A stretch of DNA of 56,135 bases from the NCBI GenBank assembly GCA_964476315.1, contig CAYZAD010000002.1:1-56135 (forward strand), written 5' to 3'. Every line of letters starts with the position of its first letter. The first letter of the stretch is position 1. Positions 28,758 through 39,316 of the stretch are shown piece by piece. The notes under the pieces are model-generated. The model was not told where the DNA came from. It did no database searches and saw only the letters and a list, made by a program, of their open reading frames with translations. The stretch comes from an uncultured Rhodobacterales bacterium. GTDB taxonomy: Bacteria; Pseudomonadota; Alphaproteobacteria; Rhodobacterales; Rhodobacteraceae. Position numbers and translations under genes: made by a program.

Positions 28758-30269
28758 ATGCAGGTCGAGTTGCGCCATATCACCAAACGGTTCGGTCCGG
28801 TGGTTGCCAATCGGGACGTCAACCTGACCATCCGCGCAGGGGAGGTGCTGGGCCTTCTGGGGGAAAACGGCGCGGGCAAGTCGACGCTGATGAATGTGCT
28901 GTGTGGCCTCTATGCGCCGACCGAGGGCGAGGTTGTCATCGATGGCAAACCCGTCCGGTTCGAAGGGCCGGGCGATGCCATCCGGGCGGGTATCGGGATG
29001 GTCCACCAGCATTTCATGCTGGTCCCTGTGTTCACGGTCGCGGAAAACGTGGTTCTGGGGATCGAACCGACCGGGCATCTTGATCATCTTGATCTGGATG
29101 CCGCGCGCAACGATGTGCGGCGCCTGGGTCAGGCTTACGGTTTGCATGTGGATCCGGACGCGCGGATCGAAACGCTTCCGGTCGGGATCCAGCAACGTGT
29201 CGAGATCCTCAAGGTCTTGTTTCGATCTGCCGATGTTCTGATCCTTGATGAACCGACGGCTGTGCTGACGCCACAAGAGGTCGAGGAATTCTTCCAGATT
29301 GTGGCGTCCTTGCGCGACGCGGGCAAAGCCATTGTCTTCATCACGCACAAGCTGAATGAAATCCGCGAGATCGCCGACCGTATCAGCGTGATCCGCCGGG
29401 GCGAGATCGTGGGCGAGGGAGACCCGAAAGTCCTGACCCGAGAGCAACTGGCCGAAATGATGGTCGGTCGACCTGTCGATCTTGAAGTGTCGCGCGCACC
29501 CTTCGCGCCGCGCGAGGTTGTTCTTGATGTCAAGGATCTGGTCGTGCTGCGTGATGATGGCGCCGTCGCCGTCGACCATTTGTCGCTACAGGTCCGAAGC
29601 GGCGAAGTGGTGGGAATTGCTGGCGTTCAGGGCAATGGTCAATCCGCCCTGATCGAAGCCTTGGCGGGCTTGCGTCATCCGGTGGCCGGGCGTGTCCGAT
29701 ATGATGGGGTCGACATCACACGGGCCTCGCCGCGCGCGCGTCACCGACTGGGCATTGCGCATATCCCCGAAGACCGCCAGAGGGCTGGTCTGATCGGCAC
29801 GTTCACGGTGGCCGAAAACCTTGTTCTGGATACGTATTACGACGACCGCTTTTCCGCAGGCCCCGCGATTAACTGGCCTCGTGTCGAAACCGAAGCGGCG
29901 CGCGTCGCAAAAGCGTTCGATGTGCGCACGCCTTCGGTGCATGCGGCGGCAAATCACCTGTCCGGTGGCAACCAGCAAAAACTCGTTGTCGCGCGAGAGC
30001 TGTCGCGCGACACGCGCATGGTCATTGCGGGTCAACCCACACGCGGCCTTGATGTCGGGTCCATCGCGTATATCCACGAACGTCTGATGGCGGCCCGTGA
30101 CGAAGGCGACGCGATCCTGCTGGTGTCTTCCGAACTCGATGAAATTCTTGCGATTTCGGACAGGATCCTGGTGATGTTCAAAGGTCGCATCGTGGCCGAA
30201 TTCGTGCCCCATGTGGCACCGGTCGACAAGGGCGATATCGGCCTTGCCATGGCAGGGGCGGCGGCATGA
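28758..30269 (+). CDS. Nucleoside-type ABC transporter ATP-binding protein
   Basis: GENGAGKST, MVHQHFML, DEPTAVLTPQE, LSGGNQQK, QPTRGLDVG. Confidence 0.94.
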   Translation: MQVELRHITKRFGPVVANRDVNLTIRAGEVLGLLGENGAGKSTLMNVLCGLYAPTEGEVVIDGKPVRFEGPGDAIRAGIGMVHQHFMLVPVFTVAENVVLGIEPTGHLDHLDLDAARNDVRRLGQAYGLHVDPDARIETLPVGIQQRVEILKVLFRSADVLILDEPTAVLTPQEVEEFFQIVASLRDAGKAIVFITHKLNEIREIADRISVIRRGEIVGEGDPKVLTREQLAEMMVGRPVDLEVSRAPFAPREVVLDVKDLVVLRDDGAVAVDHLSLQVRSGEVVGIAGVQGNGQSALIEALAGLRHPVAGRVRYDGVDITRASPRARHRLGIAHIPEDRQRAGLIGTFTVAENLVLDTYYDDRFSAGPAINWPRVETEAARVAKAFDVRTPSVHAAANHLSGGNQQKLVVARELSRDTRMVIAGQPTRGLDVGSIAYIHERLMAARDEGDAILLVSSELDEILAISDRILVMFKGRIVAEFVPHVAPVDKGDIGLAMAGAAA

Positions 30270-31390
30270 CAGACGCAACGGAAAAGGTTCTGACCGGTCG
30301 GCTGATCGGGCGCAGCACGTTGGAAGACCTGATTGTTGTGCCACTTTTCGCGATTGTGGTGGCGTTGATCCTGGGGGCGGTCATCATGTTGGCGACCGGT
30401 GTCGACCTGCCCACAATCGGCCGGTCCTTCGTCGCCCTTCTGAATGGATCGGTCGGCTCGCTTTACGCCGTTTCCGAAACGCTGACTGCTGCGGCCCCCC
30501 TGGTTCTGGCAGGTCTGGGTCTGGCGTTGGGATTTCGCGCCGGGTTGTTCAACATCGGTGCCGAAGGGCAGGTCGTGATCGGTGGCCTTGTCGCCGTTGT
30601 CGCCGGTGTCAGCCTGGGCGATATGCCGGCCTTTATCGCGCTGCCGGGTGCGCTTTTGGCAGGTGCTTTGGGGGGCGCGCTTTATGCGAGCATCGCCGGT
30701 TGGCTCAGAGCGGCGACAGGCGCGCATGAAGTGATCTCGACCATCATGCTGAACCTCATTTCGTACCGGTTGCTGGACTACCTGTTGCGAACGCCCCTGA
30801 TCCAGAAAGAGGGCCGCGCCGATCCGATTTCGAAATCGGTGCCGGATGTCGCCGAATTGCCACGACTGCTGACATTCCTTGATGCAAACCTCCGCGTGCA
30901 TGCCGGGATCTTTCTGACACTGGCCATGGTTGCGGTGACGTATTGGCTGTTGTTTCGCAGCAAGATCGGTTTCGAGTTCCGCGCGGCAGGCGAAAACCCG
31001 ATCGCGGCGCGGTTTGCCGGCATGAATGCCAGCCTCACTATCGTGTTGGCGATGGGCATTGCCGGGGCGCTGGCCGGGCTTGCCGGTGCCAATCAGGTGC
31101 TGGGCGTTCTCGACCGCGCGACGCCGGGGTTTTCTGCGGGGATCGGGTTCGATGCGATCTCGGTCGCGCTTCTGGGCCGGTCGCATCCGATTGGTGTCGT
31201 CTTTGCGGGGCTTCTGTTCGGCGGACTTGAAGCCGGAGGGCGCCAGATGCAGGTCGATGCGGGCGTCAGCATTGACCTGATCGGGATCATCCAGGCGTTG
31301 ATCATCGTGTTCATCGCCGCACCGCTTCTGGTGCGCACGCTTTTCCCTTGGGGTTTTCGCAGAACGGATCGCAAGGAGGGCGGCGCATGA
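30266..31390 (+). CDS. Nucleoside-type ABC transporter permease 1
   Basis: GLFNIGAEGQ, EVISTIMLN, GFDAISVALLG. Confidence 0.92.
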   Translation: MTDATEKVLTGRLIGRSTLEDLIVVPLFAIVVALILGAVIMLATGVDLPTIGRSFVALLNGSVGSLYAVSETLTAAAPLVLAGLGLALGFRAGLFNIGAEGQVVIGGLVAVVAGVSLGDMPAFIALPGALLAGALGGALYASIAGWLRAATGAHEVISTIMLNLISYRLLDYLLRTPLIQKEGRADPISKSVPDVAELPRLLTFLDANLRVHAGIFLTLAMVAVTYWLLFRSKIGFEFRAAGENPIAARFAGMNASLTIVLAMGIAGALAGLAGANQVLGVLDRATPGFSAGIGFDAISVALLGRSHPIGVVFAGLLFGGLEAGGRQMQVDAGVSIDLIGIIQALIIVFIAAPLLVRTLFPWGFRRTDRKEGGA

Positions 31391-32622
31391 CAACGTTTGA
31401 CGATCATGGCGTGCAGACACGTGTGACCGGGGTGATCCTGATCGCGCTCGCTGTTGCCTTTGCGTTTTTCCTTGCGCCCGGCGCTGATGGTCTGGCCACG
31501 TTCCGACTGTCGCGCCCGACGGATGTGTGGGCGGCCCCGAACCTTGTCATCCATGCATTGCCGTTCATTTACGTATGCTCCGCCATTCTTGCCTTCCTCG
31601 GAGTTCGTCAGTTCCTGAGAGGCGGCGGTCGGTGGGGAGCATTGCCGCTTGGGCTGGGCCTTCTTGTGGCTGTCGCGGCCTTCCTCGTCTGGGCGACCGC
31701 TGGCAAGTCGTTTTCCCTGACAGGCATGTTGCAGGCCACGATGGTTCGTGCGGTGCCCATTGCGCTGGGCGGTCTGGCGGGCGTTCTGTCCGAACGCGTG
31801 GCCGTGGTGAATATCGGCATCGAAGGCATGTTGCTGGCGGGGGCGTTTACCGGTGCGCTTGTCGGTTCGGTGGCGGGAGGTGTGCCCGGATTGCTGGCCG
31901 CCGTCGCGGTGGGCGGCGCCTTCGGCTTTATCCTGGCGGCATTGGTCGTGACCTACCGCATGGACCAGATCATTGCAGGGGTCTTCATCAACCTCTTCGT
32001 TCTGGGGGTGACAAGCTATGTCAGCAGCCAGGTGTTTCAGGAATACCGGGCTTTGAACAACGCACCGGTTTTCCGGGCGATCAAGGTGCCAGTGCTTGGC
32101 GATATTCCCGTGATCGGTCCCATGTTCTTTGACCAGAACATCTTTGTGTACGGGGCGCTGATCATGGTCGGTGTCGCCACTTACTACCTGTTTCATACAC
32201 GCATGGGGCTGAGGGCCCGCGCCGTCGGAGAGCATCCGCGCGCGGCAGACACGCTTGGCATCGACGTTTACAAGACACGCTATGTCAACGTGACGATCGC
32301 TGGCATGGTGGCGGGTTTCGGCGGCGCGTGGTTTACCTTGGGCTCTGTCGGGCGGTTCGACGAAGGCATGACGGGCGGGCGCGGCTTTATCGGTCTGGCC
32401 GCGATGATTTTCGGGCGATGGCACCCCGTGGGCGCGCTGATGGCGGCATTGGTGTTTGGATTTGCCGACTCGCTGCAACAGAAACTGGCGCTTTTGCAAA
32501 CGCCGATCCCGTCCGAGTTCCTGGCGATGTCGCCCTACATTGCGACGATCATCGTGGTGGCGGGTTTGGTGGGTCGTGCGCGCCCGCCCGCGGCGGATGG
32601 CAAACCTTACGTAAAGGAATGA
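31387..32622 (+). CDS. Nucleoside-type ABC transporter permease 2
   Basis: SERVAVVNIGIEGM, GLRARAVGEHP.AA, GRGFIGLAAMIFGRW; ATGA overlap. Confidence 0.92.
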   Translation: MTTFDDHGVQTRVTGVILIALAVAFAFFLAPGADGLATFRLSRPTDVWAAPNLVIHALPFIYVCSAILAFLGVRQFLRGGGRWGALPLGLGLLVAVAAFLVWATAGKSFSLTGMLQATMVRAVPIALGGLAGVLSERVAVVNIGIEGMLLAGAFTGALVGSVAGGVPGLLAAVAVGGAFGFILAALVVTYRMDQIIAGVFINLFVLGVTSYVSSQVFQEYRALNNAPVFRAIKVPVLGDIPVIGPMFFDQNIFVYGALIMVGVATYYLFHTRMGLRARAVGEHPRAADTLGIDVYKTRYVNVTIAGMVAGFGGAWFTLGSVGRFDEGMTGGRGFIGLAAMIFGRWHPVGALMAALVFGFADSLQQKLALLQTPIPSEFLAMSPYIATIIVVAGLVGRARPPAADGKPYVKE

Positions 32623-32668
32623 TCTGTCCGCCGCTGAGCCGCACCCGACCGCAAGCCGACTGGTGGTG

Positions 32669-32682
32669 TTGACGTAGCGCAA
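32669..32682. promoter_or_regulatory. Degenerate FNR/FixK-type box upstream of the PfkB gene
   Basis: TTGAC-GTAG-CGCAA. Confidence 0.55.
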
Positions 32683-32733
32683 AGACCTTTCCGGCTTGTC
32701 GAGGCATGGTCACGAAAACGAAAGGTCGCCATT

Positions 32734-33681
32734 GTGTCGGACATCCTGACCATCACGCTCAACCCGGCATTGGACTATGCAACCTCGGTGCCTCATGTCC
32801 GGCCCGACGAAAAGCTTTATTGCGACAAGCCCCGCGTCGATCCGGGTGGGGGTGGCGTCAACGTGGCGCGCGCAATTTCCAAGATCGGAGGCAAGGCAAC
32901 GGCCTTTGTCGTTCTTGGCGGGGCAACAGGCACCCGTCTGGCCGAACTTCTGACAAAGGAAGGAATTGACGTGCGGGCCTTTCAGGTCGCGGGTGAAAGC
33001 CGGTACAGCCTTGCTGTCACAGACGCCGCAAGCGGCCAGCAGTACCGCTTCAGTCTTCCGGGTGAGCCGCTCAGCGATACCGAAGCCGCCGCGCTTCTGG
33101 ACGCGATTTACGAAGCGACCGCAGCCAATGGGTATGTTGTCCTGAGTGGGGGCGTCGCGCCCGGATTGCCCGACACGTTTCCGCAGGACATCCAGGCGAG
33201 GATCGCCAGGAAAACCGATTTCTACATCGTCGATACATCGAAAGCGGCCTTGTCGCAGCTGATCAGACATCCCCGGGTGCCGCCCTTTCTGCTGCGTCTT
33301 GACCAGAAAGAATCCGCTTTGGCGGCAGGACACCCCTTGGACACTCTGGAAGACAGCGTGGCGTTTGCTGCGTCCATGGTCGCGCGCGGAGTGGCACGGC
33401 ACGTTGTGACCGGGCGCGGCGCAGAGGGGTCTGTCATGGTCACCCCGTCGCATCGCTTTTTCTGCCCGACACCCAAGGTCCCGGTCAAAAGCAAGATCGG
33501 GGCGGGGGATTCCTTTGTGGGTGCGATGGTCAACGCGTTTTCGCGGGGCGATCCCCCGGAAGAAGCGCTTCGCTGGGGGGTCGCCGCGGCAAGTGCGACC
33601 GTCAGCACAGAAGGCACCGCGCTTTGTGAGCGGGCAACGGTCGAACGCCTTTTTCGGCACATCGTTGTTGAAAAGCTCTAA
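32734..33681 (+). CDS. pfkB: 1-phosphofructokinase/PfkB-family hexose kinase
   Basis: ILTITLNPALD, PGGGGVNVARAI, SKIGAGDSFVG. Confidence 0.88.
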   Translation: MSDILTITLNPALDYATSVPHVRPDEKLYCDKPRVDPGGGGVNVARAISKIGGKATAFVVLGGATGTRLAELLTKEGIDVRAFQVAGESRYSLAVTDAASGQQYRFSLPGEPLSDTEAAALLDAIYEATAANGYVVLSGGVAPGLPDTFPQDIQARIARKTDFYIVDTSKAALSQLIRHPRVPPFLLRLDQKESALAAGHPLDTLEDSVAFAASMVARGVARHVVTGRGAEGSVMVTPSHRFFCPTPKVPVKSKIGAGDSFVGAMVNAFSRGDPPEEALRWGVAAASATVSTEGTALCERATVERLFRHIVVEKL

Positions 33682-36056
33682 CCGTTTTCTGCCTGCGCCA
33701 CATGCCGCAGCACATCGACAAAACTGTCCGGCGTCACAGAAATGCTGTCGATGCCGAAGCCGACAAGGCGTTTGGCATAGGCCGGATCGTTGCTGGGGGC
33801 CTGCCCGCAGAACCCGACCTTTCGACCTGCTCTATGCGCTTCGCCAATGACGGTTTCGATCATCCAGAGAACGGCGCGGTCATCCTCGCGATACAGATCG
33901 GCCAGCAGATCGGAATCCCGGTCGATGCCCAATGTCAGCTGCGTGAGGTCGTTCGATCCGATGGAGAAGCCATCGAACAATTCGGCAAACTCGGCCGCGC
34001 GGATGACATTCGAAGGGATTTCGCACATCATGTAGACCTGCAGGCCGTTCCGGCCCCGCTCCAACCCGTTCTCGGCCATCACTGCAAGCACGCGGCGCGC
34101 TTCGTCCGGGGTGCGGCAGAAGGGGATCATCACGATGACGTTGTCGAAACCGATCTTGCCCCTGAGCCGGTTGATCGCCTGGCATTCCAACGCAAATCCC
34201 GGCTTGTAGGCCTCTGAATAATAGCGCGATGCGCCGCGAAACCCGATCATCGGATTTTCCTCGTCCGGTTCGAAATCGCGCCCGCCCAGAAGATCGGCAT
34301 ATTCGTTTGTCTTGAAGTCGCTCATCCGCACGATGACCGGCTGAGGGTAGCAGACAGCCGCGATCCGGGACAGTCCGCGGGCGAGGCGTTCAACGAAATA
34401 TGCGGCTTTGCTGTCATAACCGCGGGTCAGGTCGTCGATCTTTTCAAGCGCCTCTGCGTCCTGCACACGGTCGGGGTGCAGCAGGGCCATCGGGTGAACA
34501 CGCACCGCATGGTTGATGACGAATTCCATCCGCGCCAGTCCGACACCCTTGACCGGCAGTCGCCACCAGCGAAAGGCGGCGCTTGGATTGGCAAGATTGA
34601 CCATGACATCGGTGCGTGTCTCGGGCATCTGGTCCAGCTTTTCCTCGGCCACGTCGATCTTGGAAAGACCATCGGTCACAACACCTTCGTCACCGCCAGC
34701 GCAAGAGACCGTGACGTCCTGTTCGTCGTGCAAGACATGGGTTGCGTTGCCGCAGCCGACAATCGCCGGCAGACCCAGTTCGCGGCTGACAATCGCGGCA
34801 TGTGACGTGCGCCCGCCATGATCCGTGACGATGGCTGCGGCCCGTTTCATGATCGGCACCCAATCCGGATTGGTCGTTCCGGTGACCAGAACCGAACCAT
34901 CGACAAATCGATCGATATCTTCGGGATCCGCAATGATGCTGACACGACCTGTCACCGCGGCATTGCCAACGCTCAGACCGGACACGAGGGTAGGTCCGGG
35001 GTCGCGAACGGAAAAAGATTTCAACGTGCCCACATCCGCCCGGGACTGAACGGTCTCTGGACGCGCCTGCACAACGTAAAGCGTGCCGGTATCGCCGTCG
35101 CGGGCCCATTCGATATCCATGGGCTGGCCGTAATGGTCTTCGATGACCTTGGCCTGACGCGCCAAGGTCAGGATTTCCGCATCGCTCAGGACAAATTGTT
35201 CGCGCTCTGCCTTGGAGGTGGGAACATTGCGCGGAGAACCGTCGCGATCCTTGATCATCTTGATGGCTTTTGCGCCCAACCGCTTTTCCAGGATCGGCGC
35301 AAGGGACGTATCCTCCAGGAATGGTTTGTAAACCTGGTATTCATCGGGATCGACAGCGCCTTGAACGATGTTTTCGCCCAACCCCCACGCCGCGTTGATC
35401 AGGACGGCATCGGGGAACCCGGATTCCGTATCGATCGAGAACATGATCCCCGATCCGCCGGTTTCGGCCCGCACCATCATCTGTACGCCAACTGACAGCG
35501 CGACATCTTCATGCGCGAAGCCCTTTACCTGACGATAGGAAATCGCGCGATCCGTGTAGAGCGATGCATAGCATTTCTTGCATGCCGACAGCAGTGCCGC
35601 TTCTCCGATCACATTGAGAAACGTCTCTTGCTGCCCGGCAAAGCTGGCGTCCGGCAGGTCTTCTGCCGTGGCGCTTGAGCGGACGGCGACAGGCAGATCT
35701 GCGCCACCGGCGCTCTTGCAAAGGGCCCTGTAGCGCTCTCGGATCCCGGTCTCTGTTGCTTTCGGCCACGTGCCGGTCAGGATGAGATAGCGGATACGCG
35801 CGCCGGTTTCCTGCAAGGTGGCCGTACCTGCCGCCAGCATGTCTAGCTCTTGCCGGATCGCCCCGTTCAGGTCGTTTTGGTCGAGGTAGTCGCGAAAGGC
35901 GTCGGATGTCGTGGCAAATCCGGGGGGCACCAGGATGCCTTTGGGCTCAAGTGCCTGTATCATTTCGCCCAGCGAGGCGTTCTTTCCTCCGACCCGTCCA
36001 ACGTCCTCGCGGCGCACGTTTGAAAAATCGATCGTGAGTTTTTCTGGCTGGGGCAT
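33678..36056 (-). CDS. ppsA: Phosphoenolpyruvate synthase
   Basis: VGGKNASLGEM, AVRSSATAEDLPDASFAGQQETFLN, GGRTSHAAIVSRELG, MCEIPSN, GFSIGSNDLTQ. Confidence 0.97.
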   Translation of the reverse strand: MPQPEKLTIDFSNVRREDVGRVGGKNASLGEMIQALEPKGILVPPGFATTSDAFRDYLDQNDLNGAIRQELDMLAAGTATLQETGARIRYLILTGTWPKATETGIRERYRALCKSAGGADLPVAVRSSATAEDLPDASFAGQQETFLNVIGEAALLSACKKCYASLYTDRAISYRQVKGFAHEDVALSVGVQMMVRAETGGSGIMFSIDTESGFPDAVLINAAWGLGENIVQGAVDPDEYQVYKPFLEDTSLAPILEKRLGAKAIKMIKDRDGSPRNVPTSKAEREQFVLSDAEILTLARQAKVIEDHYGQPMDIEWARDGDTGTLYVVQARPETVQSRADVGTLKSFSVRDPGPTLVSGLSVGNAAVTGRVSIIADPEDIDRFVDGSVLVTGTTNPDWVPIMKRAAAIVTDHGGRTSHAAIVSRELGLPAIVGCGNATHVLHDEQDVTVSCAGGDEGVVTDGLSKIDVAEEKLDQMPETRTDVMVNLANPSAAFRWWRLPVKGVGLARMEFVINHAVRVHPMALLHPDRVQDAEALEKIDDLTRGYDSKAAYFVERLARGLSRIAAVCYPQPVIVRMSDFKTNEYADLLGGRDFEPDEENPMIGFRGASRYYSEAYKPGFALECQAINRLRGKIGFDNVIVMIPFCRTPDEARRVLAVMAENGLERGRNGLQVYMMCEIPSNVIRAAEFAELFDGFSIGSNDLTQLTLGIDRDSDLLADLYREDDRAVLWMIETVIGEAHRAGRKVGFCGQAPSNDPAYAKRLVGFGIDSISVTPDSFVDVLRHVAQAENG

Positions 36057-36109
36057 CTGTCCGTCTCCGTTTCTTCAGAAACAGAGTGGTCGACCGGCGA
36101 CGCCAGGGT

Positions 36110-36123
36110 TTGATTAAAGTCAT
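36110..36123. promoter_or_regulatory. FNR/FixK-type box in the ppsA / SLC13 divergent intergenic region
   Basis: TTGAT-TAAA-GTCAT. Confidence 0.6.
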
Positions 36124-36210
36124 TTCGGTTGCCAGGAATTGTGGCTTTGCTCGACTTAGAACGTGCCGGGAACGGATGAGCGTCGTTCGTTTCGGTGCAA
36201 GGAGGGCTTG

Positions 36211-38001
36211 GTGACGTTTGATGTCGGTCTTGTGCTTGCGGTGCTGGGCGCTGCGGTCATCGTAATCTCGGCCGGATGGATTGCGATTGATGTGGCGGCG
36301 ATGGCGATGATCGTTGTTGTGGTTGCCGCCGGCGTCATCACACCCGCCGAAGCGTTTTCCGGATTTTCCAGCGACGTGGTCATCGTTCTGGCCTGTGTGT
36401 TCGTGATTGCCGGTACAGTGTCCCGCGCCGGGCTGGCAGAGGTGGCCGCCGAGGGTGTGTTGCGCCGCGTGACGCGCGCCGACACATCGGGTCTGGCGAT
36501 CATCATGGGATTGTCGGCGGCGCTTTCGACGGTTCTGAGCAACACCAGCACGTCGTCGATCCTCACCCCCGGCATTCTTCACTACGCCAAGCGTTCGGCG
36601 ACCAGTGCCAGCCGACTGCTGATGCCGATGGCGTTCGCCTCCCTGATGGGAGGCACAATGACACTGATCGGCACGTCAACGAACCTGTCGGCCAGCGGCA
36701 TGGTGGCGGGGCTGGGGCTTCGACCCTACGGGTTTTTCGAATTCTTTGTTGTCGGTGGGATTGTCGCGGTCGTGGGAACCCTTTTCATGGTGCTTGTCGG
36801 ACGGCATCTCATTCCCGACCGCAGGCCGCTTGACCTTGTCGAGGATTACGGTGTGCGCGGCTACCTTGCCGCGCTCACGCTCGACGCGGGATCGGGCGCT
36901 GTGGGCAAACAGATTACCGAGTTGAAGCTGGACGCGATCGAACTGGAACCGCTGGCCGTCATCCGCAACGGGCTTCGTCTTTCCGCGCATCCGCTGAGGG
37001 CGCTTCAGGCCGCAGACACGATCATCGTGCGCAGCTCTCTTGAAGGGGTGCTGCGTGTCAGGGACGATAAGCGCTTTCAGATCGAACCCAGCGCCGAACA
37101 CCCCGAACCGGGCCTGCGCCCTGACGATATCGGTTTGGGCGAAGCGGTCGTCATGCCGAATTCCCGCCTTGTGGGCAAGGAACTGGGGCGCACATCGTTC
37201 TTTCGGCGCTACCGGGTTGTTGTTCTGGCAGTACATCGCAAGGGACGTGCCTTTGCGACAAAGCTCAGCGCGCTCAAGCTGCAGGCTGGTGATGTTCTGC
37301 TGTTGCAAGGGGCCAATGACGATCTGGAAACGCTGAACGGCAACCCGGACTTGTGGGGGCTTGCAGAGGTCGGACCGCCGCCGCCGACCATCTCGCAGGG
37401 CCTTTACGCGCTGGGGCTGCTGGTGCTGGGCGTTGTTCTGGCCTCGTTCGGGCTGTTGCCTTTGTCGGTGGGGCTTTTGGGCGCCGTGACGCTTCTGGTC
37501 CTGACCGGAACCGTTCGCGTGCAAGAGGCGTATCGCATGATCGATTGGCGGCTTCTTGTGATGATTGCCGGAATGACCGGCTTTGGTGTCGCAATGTACA
37601 CTTCCGGTGCGGCCGATGTGGTGGCCAAATCGCTGATCGGCTGGGTGGCGCCGTTTGGCGTGACTGCAAGCCTGCTGTGTCTCGGGGGGCTGACCGTGGT
37701 GCTGACCCAGCCGATGTCGAACGCGGCTGCTGCGCTGACGATGCTGCCCGTCGCGGTGTCGACAGCAGATTTCCTGGGGATCGATGCACGCCCTGTGGTC
37801 GTAATGGTGACCCTGTCGGCATCGCTGTCGTTCATTGCGCCACTGGAACCGGCATTGCTGCTGATCTATGGGCCGGGACGCTACCGCTTTGTCGACTTTC
37901 TGCGCGTGGGCGGTCCGCTGACACTGCTGACACTCGTTGTTCTGGTCATGCTCGTGCCCGTTTTCTGGCCGCTTGGTCCGCACGCGTCCACCGCGTTTTG
38001 A
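36211..38001 (+). CDS. SLC13/CitT-family permease with two TrkA-C (RCK_C) domains
   Basis: EAFSGFSS, LMPMAFASLMGGTMTLIGTSTNL, TrkA-C LQAGDVLLLQG, YGPGRYRFVDF; AAGGAGG RBS. Confidence 0.9.
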   Translation: MTFDVGLVLAVLGAAVIVISAGWIAIDVAAMAMIVVVVAAGVITPAEAFSGFSSDVVIVLACVFVIAGTVSRAGLAEVAAEGVLRRVTRADTSGLAIIMGLSAALSTVLSNTSTSSILTPGILHYAKRSATSASRLLMPMAFASLMGGTMTLIGTSTNLSASGMVAGLGLRPYGFFEFFVVGGIVAVVGTLFMVLVGRHLIPDRRPLDLVEDYGVRGYLAALTLDAGSGAVGKQITELKLDAIELEPLAVIRNGLRLSAHPLRALQAADTIIVRSSLEGVLRVRDDKRFQIEPSAEHPEPGLRPDDIGLGEAVVMPNSRLVGKELGRTSFFRRYRVVVLAVHRKGRAFATKLSALKLQAGDVLLLQGANDDLETLNGNPDLWGLAEVGPPPPTISQGLYALGLLVLGVVLASFGLLPLSVGLLGAVTLLVLTGTVRVQEAYRMIDWRLLVMIAGMTGFGVAMYTSGAADVVAKSLIGWVAPFGVTASLLCLGGLTVVLTQPMSNAAAALTMLPVAVSTADFLGIDARPVVVMVTLSASLSFIAPLEPALLLIYGPGRYRFVDFLRVGGPLTLLTLVVLVMLVPVFWPLGPHASTAF

Positions 38002-38011
38002 CATTGATCAT
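37998..38011. promoter_or_regulatory. FNR/FixK-type box upstream of the efflux operon
   Basis: TTGAC-ATTG-ATCAT. Confidence 0.55.
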
Positions 38012-38068
38012 GCCGTCCTGTGTTTGGGCGCATACCATCGCGCTGTCCATTGCCAAGGGGACCGGGCC

Positions 38069-39316
38069 ATGACGGACAGAAACGAAGATGTGGCAAAGAC
38101 AATCGGATTGGATCAACCAAAAACACCATGGTGGAAGCGCGCGCTTGCCGTATTGGCCGTGGCCGCCGTGGCGATGTTTCTCTGGTACGGGGTCACCGAC
38201 GACGACCGAAAATCGGCAACGCAATATCTGACCTCTGATGTCACCACCGGATCGTTCGTGGTCTTCGTGACCGCAACCGGGACGGTAGAGCCGACCAACC
38301 TGTTCGAAATCTCAAGCGAGCTCTCGGGCACCATCGCCAGCGTCAATGTCGATTTCAACGAAACGGTTGAGGCAGGCACCGTGCTTGCCTCGCTCGACAC
38401 CAGCAAGCTTGAAGCCGAACTGCTGGTCAGCAAGGCATCGCTTGATGCGGCGATCGCACGGGTGGCCGTGGCCGAAGCGTCATTGATGGAGGCCCGCGAA
38501 TCTTACGAATTGTCGAAAAAGCTCGAAGAACGGGGTGTGGCTGCCCATCAGTCGTTCATCGTGGACAAGGCGAAATTCGCCCGTGCGCAGGCAGAGCTGC
38601 AATCGGCCATCGCCCAGCGTTCCCTTGCCGAAGCCAATCTGGACATCCGGCAAACCGAATTGGAAAAGGCCTGTATCTGTTCTCCGGTCGCGGGGATTGT
38701 GCTGGATCGGGCGGTCGATCCGGGACAGATCGTGGCGTCAAGCCTGTCGGCTCCCGTCCTGTTCACCGTGGCAGAAGACCTGACCCAGATGGAGCTTCAG
38801 GTCAGTATCGACGAGGCGGACATCGGGCGTGTCCGCGTTGGACAGACTGCAGAGTTCACGGTGGATGCCTATGACGAACAACGGTTTCCGGCGCAGATCG
38901 TGCAAGTGCGTTTTGCCCCCGAGATCATTGATGGCGTTGTCACGTACAAGGCCATCCTGAGCATTGATAACTCGGACATGAAGCTGCGACCGGGAATGAC
39001 CGTCACCGCAGACATCACCGTGGCCGAAGTCGCCGATGCCTTGGTTGTTCCCAATGCCGCGCTGCGTTTTTCGCCGCCCGAGGATACCGACAAGGCGTCT
39101 TCGGACGACCGCAGCGGATTGCTGGGCATGCTGATCCCGGAAAGGCCCGACCATCGCCTGGCGCCGACAAACATGCGGTCGCTTTGGGTGCTGTCGGACG
39201 AGGGGCCGAAAGAAATCGAGATCGAACCCGGGTTGAGCAATGGAACGCTGACCGAAGTCCTGTCCGGTCCGCTCGAACCGGGTGATCGGGTCATCCTGGA
39301 GCAATTGAATGGATGA
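38069..39316 (+). CDS. Efflux periplasmic adaptor (MacA-like MFP)
   Basis: N-terminal TM; ATGTVEP..ISSELSG, SPVAGIV, IDEADIG.V..GQ...FTVDAY, LRPGMT. Confidence 0.92.
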   Translation: MTDRNEDVAKTIGLDQPKTPWWKRALAVLAVAAVAMFLWYGVTDDDRKSATQYLTSDVTTGSFVVFVTATGTVEPTNLFEISSELSGTIASVNVDFNETVEAGTVLASLDTSKLEAELLVSKASLDAAIARVAVAEASLMEARESYELSKKLEERGVAAHQSFIVDKAKFARAQAELQSAIAQRSLAEANLDIRQTELEKACICSPVAGIVLDRAVDPGQIVASSLSAPVLFTVAEDLTQMELQVSIDEADIGRVRVGQTAEFTVDAYDEQRFPAQIVQVRFAPEIIDGVVTYKAILSIDNSDMKLRPGMTVTADITVAEVADALVVPNAALRFSPPEDTDKASSDDRSGLLGMLIPERPDHRLAPTNMRSLWVLSDEGPKEIEIEPGLSNGTLTEVLSGPLEPGDRVILEQLNG